The notes below the pieces were generated by a model that did no database searches, was not told the DNA's origin, and saw only the letters and a program-made list of their open reading frames with translations. The position numbers and the translations under genes were made by a program. Below are positions 41,894 through 53,231 of a stretch of 64,000 nt of DNA, one piece after another (position 1 is the stretch's first letter; each line of letters begins with the position of its first letter). This DNA is from a virus. Location: UHGV virus genome UHGV-0023958. One strand, written 5' to 3'.

Positions 41894-42310
41894 TTAAAAA
41901 TTGCATTCCAAAACTGCGATAAGCAGCGAATCATGATCAACGAATTGAATATAAACATATCCATTGATGTCTTCGTTATACCACTTCAACGCTTCTTCAA
42001 AGTCGCAAGTACTGTCAATCGTGCAGATTTCTCCGTCAGGTGCGTCGAGCGTTACGACTTCATAATGAGCAGCGAATTCTGTGAAGTTGAATTCGAGTTT
42101 ATTGAGATATTCAAGCTCTTCTTTTGTCGGAATTCTGTCATCTTTATAGTATTCGAGTACTGTGGCGAAACGCCATTCCAACAAATCATCGTCGTCTGGT
42201 TCAGACGGGTAGCCCTTACATCTCTTGAGAAAGTCTGCACGATTTTTTATGCTTTCTTCTACAAAAATTTCAAGTGCGGTTTTAGTTTCCATAATATATT
42301 TTACCTCCAT
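41894..42310 (-). CDS. hypothetical protein
   Basis: ORF track. Confidence 0.4.
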   Translation of the reverse strand: MEVKYIMETKTALEIFVEESIKNRADFLKRCKGYPSEPDDDDLLEWRFATVLEYYKDDRIPTKEELEYLNKLEFNFTEFAAHYEVVTLDAPDGEICTIDSTCDFEEALKWYNEDINGYVYIQFVDHDSLLIAVLECNF

Positions 42311-42599
42311 TAATTAAAAATTTTTTCAAAAATTGCGTTTGAATCTTCCCAACATATCTCTCTTATTTCTTTAAGAGATTTACCTTGTTTTTGCAAACTG
42401 TTGAGATAATTCATGATTTCCCGATGTTGTTCTTCCGTATATTCCAAATCATCTGTTAATTCCCTTTCGATTTGCTCGACTGTGATTTCTGGTTTCATAA
42501 TAACTCCTTTCCTGCGGATATACCGCCGCAGGTCGGTTACAATTTTATTATAACAAATTAAATTTATTCTGTCAAGCGTTTGAAACAAAGTTTTTTAAA

Positions 42600-43235
42600 T
42601 TATTTTCCAAACGCAAGAATAATGTCGTGTTCGCAATATTCAAGTTCAAAATCAGAACCTTTTGCAGCCTGTCTAAAATCGTCAACCCATTTCCATTCAA
42701 TATGTGCACGTTCACATAAATCTTGGAAATGAGCTATGCTTCCAAACACACGATAACATTGTTTGCCGTCGTGAGAAACATATTCTGTTACGGTTTCTTC
42801 ACCCCAACTCTCTTTCATAAACGCAAGAATTTCTTCTTTCGTTTTAAAAGTCGGTTTGTGCGATTCGATTTCGCAAATATCGCTTCCGTCGTTTTCGCAA
42901 AGCCAAAGCATTACGTATTTGTTTTCAAGTGCGTATTTATTGAAGAATAATTTTGCATCTTTATATTCTTCATAGAATTCATGCGTATCTTGCAAACGAA
43001 TTCCTTTTTCGAATCTGTAAGTTTTAACACAATACTTACGTTTTTCGGTTACAGAATCGATAAAACAAAATTCCAAATTTCTTGTTCTGAGAATATGTAT
43101 CAAATGTACTTCGTCATAAGCTTCGATTTTAACGAATCTTACGCCTTCGATACCGTTGTTCAATGCAACTGCTACTTTGTAAATCTTCTTATTCATAATA
43201 TAAATTCCTTTTCCCTTATGGCTGGGAGCAACCAA
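42600..43235 (-). CDS. hypothetical protein
   Basis: ORF track. Confidence 0.4.
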   Translation of the reverse strand: MVAPSHKGKGIYIMNKKIYKVAVALNNGIEGVRFVKIEAYDEVHLIHILRTRNLEFCFIDSVTEKRKYCVKTYRFEKGIRLQDTHEFYEEYKDAKLFFNKYALENKYVMLWLCENDGSDICEIESHKPTFKTKEEILAFMKESWGEETVTEYVSHDGKQCYRVFGSIAHFQDLCERAHIEWKWVDDFRQAAKGSDFELEYCEHDIILAFGK

Positions 43236-43284
43236 ATTTATTTTAATTATTATTTATTTGGGCGGATTGCCCGCCGCCCACGGG

Positions 43285-43686
43285 TTAGACTTTATTTGCA
43301 ACAGTTTGTAATTTTATTGCAATCTCACATTCTTTCTTCGTTTTATACTTGCCGAAGCAAAGAAGAGGGCTGTATTGATGGCTAAATTTGTCGTAAACTA
43401 TCCACCATGTGTTACCATCAAGAGCGGTTCTTTTTCTGGGTTCAAACCGCTCTTCTTCTTTGTAGAACGTAATGCCCATTCCCACTTCCTTATTGCAGTT
43501 GTAGAAACGATATTCGTTTATGAATTTATCGAATCCTGTGTCTGTAGGAATGGCGGGAAGCGGTCTCCACCACGTTGAATTGGGATTTGCTTTACTTGGG
43601 AGAATATAAACCTGTTCTCCCTGCTTGTGCATCTTGCGAGCCTGTGCTTTCGTGATTTGTTCGTAAGTCATTTTGTTGTAGTTCAT
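43285..43686 (-). CDS. hypothetical protein
   Basis: ORF track. Confidence 0.4.
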   Translation of the reverse strand: MNYNKMTYEQITKAQARKMHKQGEQVYILPSKANPNSTWWRPLPAIPTDTGFDKFINEYRFYNCNKEVGMGITFYKEEERFEPRKRTALDGNTWWIVYDKFSHQYSPLLCFGKYKTKKECEIAIKLQTVANKV

Positions 43687-44021
43687 AATAATAATTCCTT
43701 TTTCGGCTCTTGACGTATGAGAGTGTCCCGACGTGATTATTTTAATTTTACTTTATGAATTTCTTTGTTACATACATGCTTCCGCCGCAATCGCACGTCC
43801 ACCAGTATCTACCTTTTTGGTCTTTTTTCGTGCCATATTCGTATTTAAACGATGCTTTTGCTGTCGGAATATGATTGGAAAAATAAACCGAAGATTTTTC
43901 AGACTTTCCACACTTCTCACATTTGAGAATAATCGGGAATTCGTGTTCATACAAGATTGCGTTGTCATTTTTGTCAAACATAGGGTATTTCATATTTTTA
44001 TCTCCTTTAAATTTTAATATT

Positions 44022-44408
44022 TTAATATTCGGTAATAAGAATATAGACGTTGCCGATTCTATTTATCCACTCATTGTCCTCTATATCTTTATCGTTGTTC
44101 ATTTTCCAATTACAGTAGTCGTATATTTCATTCCATTTCGCAACTACTTCTTCTTTTGAACCAATTAATGTATAGCAGATATATAACCAATCCATAAGAT
44201 CTTTGACCGTCTTGAACGATTCTAACATTTTAACATATTCTGTATATTGTTCTTCAAGCGACGGATCTGATTCGTCATATACTTCGAGCGAAAGATAATC
44301 AAGATATTCATAATCAGAATCGTAAATTTTTACTCTATCTTCTTCGCTTCTTTCTTCGAAATTTTCGATGTAAAGATTACCTAAATAGTTGTTGTTGATT
44401 TTACGCAT
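44022..44408 (-). CDS. hypothetical protein
   Basis: ORF track. Confidence 0.4.
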   Translation of the reverse strand: MRKINNNYLGNLYIENFEERSEEDRVKIYDSDYEYLDYLSLEVYDESDPSLEEQYTEYVKMLESFKTVKDLMDWLYICYTLIGSKEEVVAKWNEIYDYCNWKMNNDKDIEDNEWINRIGNVYILITEY

Positions 44409-44962
44409 GTTTTTTACCTCCTTTATGCGTTTTTGATTGTTTCGTCTGTAATTTTATAGTATTTGCCATCTATTTTCAGCAAATCCTCCCAATTACCGTC
44501 TTTGTATGTTCCAGCACACCACTCGTAATATCTACAAGAAATTCCATGTTGTTTTATACGCGGTAAAGCATATTGGATATTATATTGATGATTGCTGTTT
44601 TTATATTCTTTCATATTACACCTCATAATTTTATTTCTCTAAGTTCGAAGACAACCTCTTTGAACATTTCATCTACTTGTTCTTCTTCGACATCGCTGAT
44701 TGTTGCCAAAACACGGCTGTCTTCGTAGATTGTGAGTTCCCTTGTATCCTCATTATAAGAGTAGTTATATTCTTTCATATCTGTTTTCTCCTTATGAATT
44801 TTTTAGATTAACCGATAACTTCTTCAAGTGCTCTGTCGACTTGTTCTTTTTTAACATTATTGATTATTATAAGAACACGATCGTTTTTATAAATTATTAA
44901 ATCTTTTGTTTCTTCGTCGTAATAACAGCTATACATAATTACTCCTTAATTTTCCTTATAAA

Positions 44963-45598
44963 TTAATCTTTATCAATAAATTCATCGAGTTTGTCCTCGT
45001 AGAATTTAACAACATTTTGCTGTGCGAGATACTTTAAAAAGTTTCGAAGCGTTTCGAACGCAACCCAACCTTTTTCAGACAAATCACCGTTTTTCTTCAA
45101 TGGTCTCAATGCACCCATTTGTTTGAGTACGTCTTCAACAGTTGAGAATTGAGTTGCTTTCTGCTGCGCGGAATCAACTTTTTCGCTGTATTCCACGATT
45201 TCAAGTGTCCAAATTTCATTGATTAAACCGATAACCGTTTTTTTGCAGAAGTAATTCATCATAACGAAACTGTTCGTAGTGTAGATGTCATCGGCATCAG
45301 CTTCGTCATCGTAATTACAGTCTGAATCCATCCATTGAAGCGTTTCAAACGCCCAAGAACGCATTGAACCGTAACAGCCAACTGCGAAATCACTTCCTTG
45401 TCCATCATAAAGATTGATGAACTTGCGTTCCGTGCTTAAATTTTTCATAATCGCTTCATAGCTTTTCGGAAAACGGGTTTTATAATATTCTCTGTTTTCC
45501 TCTTTGTCCCACCACTCATCGATATTTGTGAGTTCTTTTTCTTCGAAACCAGGATAATTCTCTTGAATCTTTTTGATTGCATCTTTGAAACTATACAT
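44963..45598 (-). CDS. hypothetical protein
   Basis: ORF track. Confidence 0.4.
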   Translation of the reverse strand: MYSFKDAIKKIQENYPGFEEKELTNIDEWWDKEENREYYKTRFPKSYEAIMKNLSTERKFINLYDGQGSDFAVGCYGSMRSWAFETLQWMDSDCNYDDEADADDIYTTNSFVMMNYFCKKTVIGLINEIWTLEIVEYSEKVDSAQQKATQFSTVEDVLKQMGALRPLKKNGDLSEKGWVAFETLRNFLKYLAQQNVVKFYEDKLDEFIDKD

Positions 45599-45661
45599 AA
45601 TAAATTCCTTTTTCGGCTTTCTAAACAGGAAAGTGTCCCAAGGTAAGATTTGATTTGACGT

Positions 45662-46051
45662 TTAATATTTTCGAATACAACAGAATCTGTCATCGTCTTC
45701 ATCACGAAGATAAGAATAATGACCAATTTTGTCTGCTGCGGGTGCTTCATCTCTCGAATCCCAACCATCGTGAATGGTTGCAAGATTGAATAAATCAACA
45801 GTGTAAGCCTGTTGTTCATTTTCCCTGCACCATCCAAGATAGCTTTGAATCCGAGGGTTATCGAGGTAATTCAACTCGATGCCGCCTTTTCGAGAAATAA
45901 AGATAACCGTTTTTTCCTCGAATTCTTCGTGGTTGTCAATCCACTCGAACGCGAATACCAAATCGCCGAAATACGCTTCTGTGTTTTTTGCTGCGATTTC
46001 TGCAAGATTTTGTTTTAAGATACGTTTTTGGAAATTAGTAAGTTTAATCAT
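45662..46051 (-). CDS. hypothetical protein
   Basis: ORF track. Confidence 0.4.
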   Translation of the reverse strand: MIKLTNFQKRILKQNLAEIAAKNTEAYFGDLVFAFEWIDNHEEFEEKTVIFISRKGGIELNYLDNPRIQSYLGWCRENEQQAYTVDLFNLATIHDGWDSRDEAPAADKIGHYSYLRDEDDDRFCCIRKY

Positions 46052-47086
46052 TTCAATTCTCCTTTTAATTTAACGAGATAATTTCATCGGGCTCGTCTGA
46101 GCCCACTTTATAAATTAATGCTCTTGCTTCGCCCGTGTCTTTGAGAACGTCGAGAGCAATTTCGCTCTCGTTGCCGTCTTTGTCGGTGAGGATAAGGCGG
46201 ATTCCCTCCGCCATACCGTCATCGTAGTTTGCTACTTTTACCGTTCCGTTTTCGAGTTTTGCTTTTAACATATTATTAAACCTCCAAATTATTTTCTTCT
46301 GCAACGTCGCAAACAACGTTGTTATAAATCTGATTGTAAACATCATCGTTCGCAAGCCTGTTTTGTACTTCGTCGTTCATCCGCACAAGTTTATTACGGC
46401 TTATTTCTTCTGTCTTATATCCAAGACATTCCAAAGCGTTTTCGAAATCTTGAATATCAGATTCTTTTGCAATATCGAAAAACGCTCTACAGTTATCGAA
46501 TTCTGCATTGGGTTCCATTTTTGCCAAAACAGCTTGTAATTCTTTTACTTTCATTTTTTTTCTATCTCCTTATTGAATTTCATAAAATTTCGGCATTCCG
46601 CCAAGTTCGTAGTTGTAGATGGTTTCATCGGTTACGTCGTTGAACTGCGTATCGTACATATTATTGTAATTCGGTTCAAGATCTAACTCGCTGTTATAAT
46701 AAGCATTTTCTGCTTTAAATAAAGCTTCGTCTACATTTTCCGCATGAACCTCAACGGTTTGCGTACGCGTTTCTGTAACTTTGATGTAATAAGTTTTCAT
46801 AATATTCTCTCCTTAATTTTAATTTTGTTCAACTTTTGTTATAAAGTCTTCATCGCTTTCTTCATCACGCCAGTAAATGAATTGATTTCCTTTTACTGTC
46901 GTGAACACTTCAACCTTGTGTGCCATTTCGTTCCCTTCGTCGAGAACTTCTTCTTTGTAATCTTCCCACGAACGACGTTCGCCTCTCAAAAGGACATCAT
47001 CGCCATCGCAGACGATCACTTTATTCGGTTCTTTTCTCCGATACCAAATGACATAACCAACTTTTGCTTTGATAGTGTTGCGCATT

Positions 47087-47599
47087 TTATTTCACCTCCT
47101 TTTGTTTTGATTTCCATTCGCTTTCGGTAATTAACTTACCGAACACGCGTTTGTCGTCGCGACAGATGTTATTCTCTCTTGCTTGTAATGCCCAATCGAG
47201 AATTTCTTTTGCAGTTTCCTTGATTTGTTCATCGGTATATAACTGAAATTCGTTATATTTGAACAAATTCTTCGGAAGTATTGCCCCATACCGATTATTC
47301 CATTTATAATCTCGATTCGCTTTTGTAAAAGCGAAATCCATAAATGGATTGTCATCGAGTTCAATGTAATAATACATATTATCGATGACGAATTGCGTAT
47401 ATACGCCAAACGCGTCTGCGTGTTTCGATATAAATGTCGAACCGTCTTTCGCTTCAACTTCAATCGGCTCTTTTTTGAAATAATAATCGTGGCCGAGCTC
47501 GGCTGCGGGTTCTCCACCCAGTTCTTTCACTTGACGATCGATTTCGTCAAGAATTTTCGTTGCGTTTACGTTCCAGTTGTTTAAGTATAATTTTTTCAT
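47087..47599 (-). CDS. hypothetical protein
   Basis: ORF track. Confidence 0.4.
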   Translation of the reverse strand: MKKLYLNNWNVNATKILDEIDRQVKELGGEPAAELGHDYYFKKEPIEVEAKDGSTFISKHADAFGVYTQFVIDNMYYYIELDDNPFMDFAFTKANRDYKWNNRYGAILPKNLFKYNEFQLYTDEQIKETAKEILDWALQARENNICRDDKRVFGKLITESEWKSKQKEVK

Positions 47600-48901
47600 G
47601 ATCTTTACTCCTTATGATCAATTATTTCAAGTTTTTGAACTTTGACTGTATAGTGGTCACTGCAATAATAACCATTTTGATAAATTTCGTAAAAAAGTTC
47701 TTCTTTTTCACGAGTTTCAAGACACTCATAAATGTCTTCCCATTCTTCGGCAACACTGCCATCCGAATTTAAAACGTCTTCATATTCTGGATCTTTAACG
47801 ATGTCTTTCCTGCATTCCTCCCATTTCGCTTTCGCGTCTTCGAAGTTTGCATAAGCAAACGCAGTCGTGTTTGCATCGTCGCTGGTTGCCCAGTCAATAG
47901 TTAATAAATAGATATTTTTCATGATATTTATTCCTTATATTTTTTACCGTAATTAAAGATTTTAACCAAGATTTCATAATAAGATAAAACCGTCGTTAAA
48001 TCTTTGCTTTCGAATAAATCAGTTGTTATACTGATATATCCCTCCTCGCTTTCTTCAATCGATGCGTTATAAATCGATTCTTCTTTTTCGTTGATGTATT
48101 CCTGTACAATTATATAACTGTACTTTGCGATTTTCTTTCTTTTAACTGTTCTAAAGAATTCCAACATGATATTTTCTCCTTCGGTTTTTTATAACCAATT
48201 ATTTGCTTTATCGATGAAGTCCCATTTACCCATTTTAAGGATATCTTTAACGGTTTTACCTTCTTCCTCGACCAAATCGTTGATACAATAAGCAATTGCA
48301 TCTGTTGTCATTGTTTCAGCAGCGAGATAAACCTCAACGCTGAAAGCGCATAAACTTTCGAATTCCTCTTCGGTATATTCAAAGTCAAGAACTGCGTCAA
48401 GTTCGTTCGCGATTTCCAAATCGCAGATAGAGATTCCTAAATCTCTTACTTTGTCTAATTGTTCTCTGTACGTCATTTCCGTACACCTCCAAAAATATTT
48501 TTTACCCGTTTGTTTATGGTCGGTAGCGCAACCAGGTTTGTTAATAACGTTTGAAATACAGTTTTTGTTCCATTTTTTGCATATAGTATGTTTGTTTTTC
48601 ATCAAATGGATAAACTGTTTCATTGACGTTTCCATCTTCGTCTACGATTGTCAAACAATCGTAATCTTCGACAACAACGAGAACCGCTGTTTCTTCGGCG
48701 AAGAAAGACCAATTATTATCAATGATATTGATAATCTTATCAGCCTTCTCGCCGTTGTCGAGCTTCTCAGCGATGTACTGTTGAAGTTCATCGCGTTCGT
48801 TGTCGAAATCCGTCCAAGCATCGGGAACTTTAATGATTTCTGTGTAATTGGTAAACATATAAATCTCCTTTCCCCGTGTTGCCGTTAGGACAGCATAATT
48901 T

Positions 48902-49837
48902 TTAATCTTTAATTTCTTTAAGCGCATCTTTCCAACAATCGGAAGTTACGCCGTAACACTCTTTCATAGAGTAGTAAAGACATCCATCGGGAACTGCTTT
49001 ATGAATAAAATTGATAGGAAGTTCAATATCCTTTTCAAGTTCAATTCCCCAGCAACCACCGCCACCTGCACAAGAATCATAAAGCGCACAATCGACGTTT
49101 TTGTCGATTATTATCGAACCACAATCTTTTCGTTTGTAAGGTTCGTAAACATAACCGTTTTTGTCGCGAGCGTTGATAATTTTGTTGATTTTCAACAACT
49201 GTCTTACAGTCATTTTAATCGGAATAAATAACGCGGGACAAGATGTCGAGCAATTGATAACTTCCTGGTAAACGGTTTCCAAAAACCCTTTAACATCGAG
49301 TTTATCTTTCCCGTTCGTCAAGTAGTTTTGCAACTGTTCTTTTGTATAACCCTGCGTTTTCGCAAGCCATACAAGCGATGCTTTATTGTCGATTTCATCG
49401 TCTTCACAACCGTTGTAATGCGGATAAACCGCGTTGAGCGTATAATCGTAATTCATATCGCCCGTGTCAACAACGATATCGACATCGACTTCTTGTTTGA
49501 GATAATGCTCTTCTGGAACTTTGAAGTACCACATCTCCACGAGTTCGTCATCGACTTCATCGTAGCTGTATTTCGAACCTTCTGGTGTTTTGAGGAATTT
49601 GGAGACAATATCGTCTCGATATTGCCATTCACATCCCGTATAACAATCCCAAAGCATTTCTTCAAATGCTTTTTCAGGATCATCTGAATCAAGAACTTTT
49701 TCAAGTTCTTTGTCGCTTACCCGATCATTATAATCGGCGTAAGCTTCGTCGAAGAAACATTTGGTTTCTTCATCGAATTGATGGTAGTTTGCCTTTAAAA
49801 AGGCAGCGAGTTCATCGTGTAATTGTTGGTTTAACAT
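48902..49837 (-). CDS. hypothetical protein, Cys-rich C-terminus
   Basis: 311-codon ORF. Confidence 0.4.
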   Translation of the reverse strand: MLNQQLHDELAAFLKANYHQFDEETKCFFDEAYADYNDRVSDKELEKVLDSDDPEKAFEEMLWDCYTGCEWQYRDDIVSKFLKTPEGSKYSYDEVDDELVEMWYFKVPEEHYLKQEVDVDIVVDTGDMNYDYTLNAVYPHYNGCEDDEIDNKASLVWLAKTQGYTKEQLQNYLTNGKDKLDVKGFLETVYQEVINCSTSCPALFIPIKMTVRQLLKINKIINARDKNGYVYEPYKRKDCGSIIIDKNVDCALYDSCAGGGGCWGIELEKDIELPINFIHKAVPDGCLYYSMKECYGVTSDCWKDALKEIKD

Positions 49838-50260
49838 ATTAATATCCTCCTATGATTTATTTAATACTTTTAAGAATTTCTAAAACTGTTACTAACTGAT
49901 TTGAGTTAGCAACGTTCGTTTCGCGGCTGTGGTCGTATAAATTATACTCATTGAGTATTCTTTCAACCTCGTTCGTGATTTCTTCGCAATCTTCGTTCCA
50001 TTGCATCATCGAACAACCTGTGGGGTAGCAATCGATTTCATCAATAATCATATAAGTTTCTCCTTTGTCCGTATAGCCGATAACACAGCTTTAATTTTTA
50101 TTTGCGAATGTCTATCCATCCACCGTTCAATACACAATAGAGCTGAGCTATTGTGATTTTGCTTGATTTAAGGACTTGGTTTAAGTCCTTAACCGTCCGA
50201 ATATTTAGTTTCTTTTTACAAAGATAACTGAATTCATGAAAATCATAAACGCAAAGCATC

Positions 50261-50731
50261 TTATTTCACCTCCTTTGTGTTATCCACATATTTCCACCAA
50301 AGCCTTGCCAACTTAAAGTACAAGACTTCGTAGTTCTTCTTCAGCCTGTCGATCGCCGTTGTGTCGTTTAGACACAACTGAACAGTTACATCATCGATAA
50401 GATCTTTGAGTTCATCATCGTCCGTCTTATCGTAAACCCGATCCAAAAATCGAACACAGGCTTTCGCAGCCTTCTCTTCGGCTGTTTTCGGTTTGGGTTG
50501 CTGCTTCGGTTTTTCTTCGGGGAAAACGATATGCAGATGCACGAGCATCTTATCGTTTTCTTTCAGACGCTGAATGGACATATCTTTTGCCCACGTAACG
50601 CCACAAAGACGTTCTTTGCACATAAACCTGTATGTGCAATTTGAACAACATTGATCATAAAGCTGTTCAACGAGCTCTCTGTTGTTTGCCTTGTTTATCA
50701 TGTTGGCAAATTTCTCTTGATAAGTATTCAT
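50261..50731 (-). CDS. hypothetical Cys-rich protein preceded by a long structured leader
   Basis: SD AATGGAGGT then ATG 50731-50729; the track's N-terminal extension lacks an SD. Confidence 0.4.
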   Translation of the reverse strand: MNTYQEKFANMINKANNRELVEQLYDQCCSNCTYRFMCKERLCGVTWAKDMSIQRLKENDKMLVHLHIVFPEEKPKQQPKPKTAEEKAAKACVRFLDRVYDKTDDDELKDLIDDVTVQLCLNDTTAIDRLKKNYEVLYFKLARLWWKYVDNTKEVK

Positions 50732-50733
50732 AA

Positions 50734-51295
50734 CAAACCTCCATTGGTTGTGCGAGGTGCGTTGCCCTTTATCGCAGTCAACCGATTTGTTTATTGGAAC
50801 ATCCGTATTGTTAAGCGGTACGGATGCAAATTCCGATTTGCCTTCAGCAGACAACACTGTTACATATTTTCAATGCAAACGCATTGGTTTTCTCCACTTA
50901 CGCTGGTACTTCCCTCGTGTTTCCTGCTCGCAAACGCACCGTTTTTTGTATCGCAACGTGCGCAGGAAATCCATACGAGGTATCACCCAACGTATTGGAA
51001 CGGAAATGCAACTGTTCCGCGAAACCGACTTTCTTTTTCTTCCTCTCGGTTAGTCTTACGGGAATACCCAAGTTCTACATCCACCAGCTTGAGACGGTGT
51101 TTCTTACATAACGAGATGTAAGTCCCATTGAAGATACTTAACGCTTGCTTCAACACAAACGAGGCTCAACCCTACCTGAAGGGGATACGCTCAACAGCTT
51201 CGTATCATCCTGTCCTCTGCATTTACACGGGCTTGGAACCGTCTTTGGCTGCATTACAGAGTGTTTTTAACGTGGTTATCACTTCCACGTGTTTT
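50734..51295 (-). ncRNA. candidate large structured RNA (long 5' leader, ORF-less intron or ncRNA)
   Basis: about 560 bp at roughly 50 percent GC versus about 33 percent in the window; no SD-preceded ORF on either strand; many local inverted repeats (ACGTGG..CCACGT, CCCCTTCAGGTAGGG, direct GTTGAGC repeat). Confidence 0.3.
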
Positions 51296-51460
51296 TCACC
51301 AACGAGTCGAGTATTTGATTACTCGAACGTTCGTATGTGTATAGTGAACAGTTCGAAGAGCTCGTTCGCCATAGCGACATTCATCTTTCAACAAGGATTT
51401 TAAATCCTCGTTGGAAGCCAAACGACCGTTGATATAGATAAGATTCATCATCTTAAGCAT
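51296..51460 (-). CDS. small ORF (54 codons) with strong SD immediately upstream of the structured region
   Basis: AAAGGAGGT -7 nt- ATG (minus strand); MLKMMNLIYINGRLASNEDLKSLLKDE..; stop TGA. Confidence 0.35.
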   Translation of the reverse strand: MLKMMNLIYINGRLASNEDLKSLLKDECRYGERALRTVHYTHTNVRVIKYSTRW

Positions 51461-51720
51461 AGGTGATACCTCCTTTAAAGTAGTGTATTACGTTACAGAG
51501 AAGAGAAAGTAACGTAATGTAATATACATTTTTTAATATATATTACACTTAAAAAAGAATATGTAGTGATCTACATCCCTTTTGAAATCCAAAAAACTCA
51601 AATTTCCAAAAAAACCGAAAATTTTTCGCTCCCGCTCACCCCACCCAAAAATTTCCAAAAAATCCCAAAAAATTCGAAATTTCCCAACCTCGTTTTCTTT
51701 CGTGCCTCCCGAACACGAGC

Positions 51721-51753
51721 GTAAATAAAAAGCCCGCACATCTTGTGCGAGCC
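51721..51753 (-). terminator. rho-independent terminator (minus strand)
   Basis: minus-strand GCUCGCACA-AGA-UGUGCGGGC then UUUUUAUUU. Confidence 0.6.
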
Positions 51754-52040
51754 TCATAAATATTTAATTTAAACTCTATCCATTTCGATTTTTACATCTC
51801 TGTTATTATCATTTAAAACTTTAAAAAACAACAAAAGATTTTCCGCTCTTGCTTCAGGCGTTTTAAAATAAATAGGATTAGAATTGGAAACAAAATCATC
51901 ATTTTTATATAAATAAATATCAATATAATACGTATTCGTTTTTACATCTTGAGCTGTACAATCATAATTTATTCTACAAATCCCGTCTTCGCCTTCTGTA
52001 AACACACAAAATCTATCTTTTCGTTCACAATATCCCTTCA

Positions 52041-52553
52041 TTAAATTTTCTCCATAATAATTTGTTTCGGTAAAAAATTCCAACAATAATACGCGCTTGA
52101 AAACGTAATCTTGTTTTGAACAACTCCGTGGTTTAAAAACTTAATACGTTTATCAAACATCAAAAGCTGCAAATCTTTTTTCATAAACAACTGTTTCGGA
52201 GCAGAATCATTAAGCCACGTAAGTGCCATAAGTAACGCGAACGGTTTATTGAAACTCAACGCTCTCTCAAAAATATGTCTCTTTCCAGAAAACGGAGGGT
52301 TTGAAATAATACAATCCCAATGTTCAGACGGCTCATATTCATAAAAATTTTCATTATTTTCGATATGCGTTGCAATTACTTTATTGCCATTTGCTTTGAT
52401 TTGTTTTACAAACTCACTATCTTCTTTGTCGAACGGGCACCAAACCGCCCAATCTTTCGGGACATATTTAATAATTGGTTTCACGGCGTAATCAGGAGTA
52501 TAACATTCATTATTGTTTCCCTGACTATATAAAACTTTCTGACTATCAATCAT
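52041..52553 (-). CDS. small phage-type DNA N6-adenine methyltransferase
   Basis: motif IV IISNPPFSGK; CYTPDYAV N-terminal region; about 170 aa, as in small phage Dam-type MTases. Confidence 0.5.
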   Translation of the reverse strand: MIDSQKVLYSQGNNNECYTPDYAVKPIIKYVPKDWAVWCPFDKEDSEFVKQIKANGNKVIATHIENNENFYEYEPSEHWDCIISNPPFSGKRHIFERALSFNKPFALLMALTWLNDSAPKQLFMKKDLQLLMFDKRIKFLNHGVVQNKITFSSAYYCWNFLPKQIIMEKI

Positions 52554-53202
52554 TATTTCTTACCGTCCAATTCGCAAATGATTTTGTCTTTATATTTAAA
52601 TTTATAACCTTTATGCGATTTAAATTTTTCCAAATTTCTTCCTTATTGTTCATTTGGAACCCACCCGTATTCAGTATCATAGACAAATGAAACATCTTCT
52701 GTTTTATCTTTCTTCATCCATTCTGGATGATCGGAATGATCTTCGCCTTTATTACGATTAATATTATTCATAATCGTTTCGATTTCTTCCTGCGTAACGT
52801 TATATTTCTTTAAATTTTGCTTTTGTTTTTCTCTGTAATCTTTAAAAAAATTAGCCATATAAAATTATTTTTCCCACCATGTTTTCTTGACATTTACAAT
52901 ATAATCTATTTCACATCCCAGTCCTTCGAGCATTGACAAAACTCTGTCAAATCTTTGTCGCGGAGTCATATCGCAATTTGGAATAACTCCCATGTCGCGC
53001 AACGATTGCTCGTAATTGAGTTGCTCTTCTGATTTTTGATAAGATTTTTTAAAACCATTATTTCCGTTTTTACTCCAGCGGTTTTGTTGGTTTGAGTTAT
53101 TATTTTTATGAGTAAATTCGGAAATCCCGAATTTATTATATTGTCTGTTCTTATTATTATATTGATATGCCATGAAAACCTCTCTTGACTTTCGTCCCTT
53201 AT

Positions 53203-53231
53203 ATTATATCATAAATATAAGGGATTGTCAA
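53203..53231 (-). promoter_or_regulatory. sigma70-type promoter (minus strand) inside the central block, embedded in a palindrome
   Basis: minus strand TTGACA -17(atcccttatatttatga)- TATAAT; mirror CTTGAC..GTCAAG and CCCTTATAT..ATATAAGGG. Confidence 0.5.

Noticed and set aside
50734-51295. Group II intron
   Set aside because: No GUGYG 5' end, no recognisable domain V (GAGC..GUAUG..) and no intron-encoded RT ORF. A group I intron or other ncRNA remains possible but unproven.
50651-51403. Plus-strand ORFs listed in the track (50651..51121, 50748..51053, 50824..51111, 51128..51403)
   Set aside because: No SD; implausible low-complexity translations; they lie on the strand opposite to all surrounding genes inside the GC-rich structured region. 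Judged non-coding.
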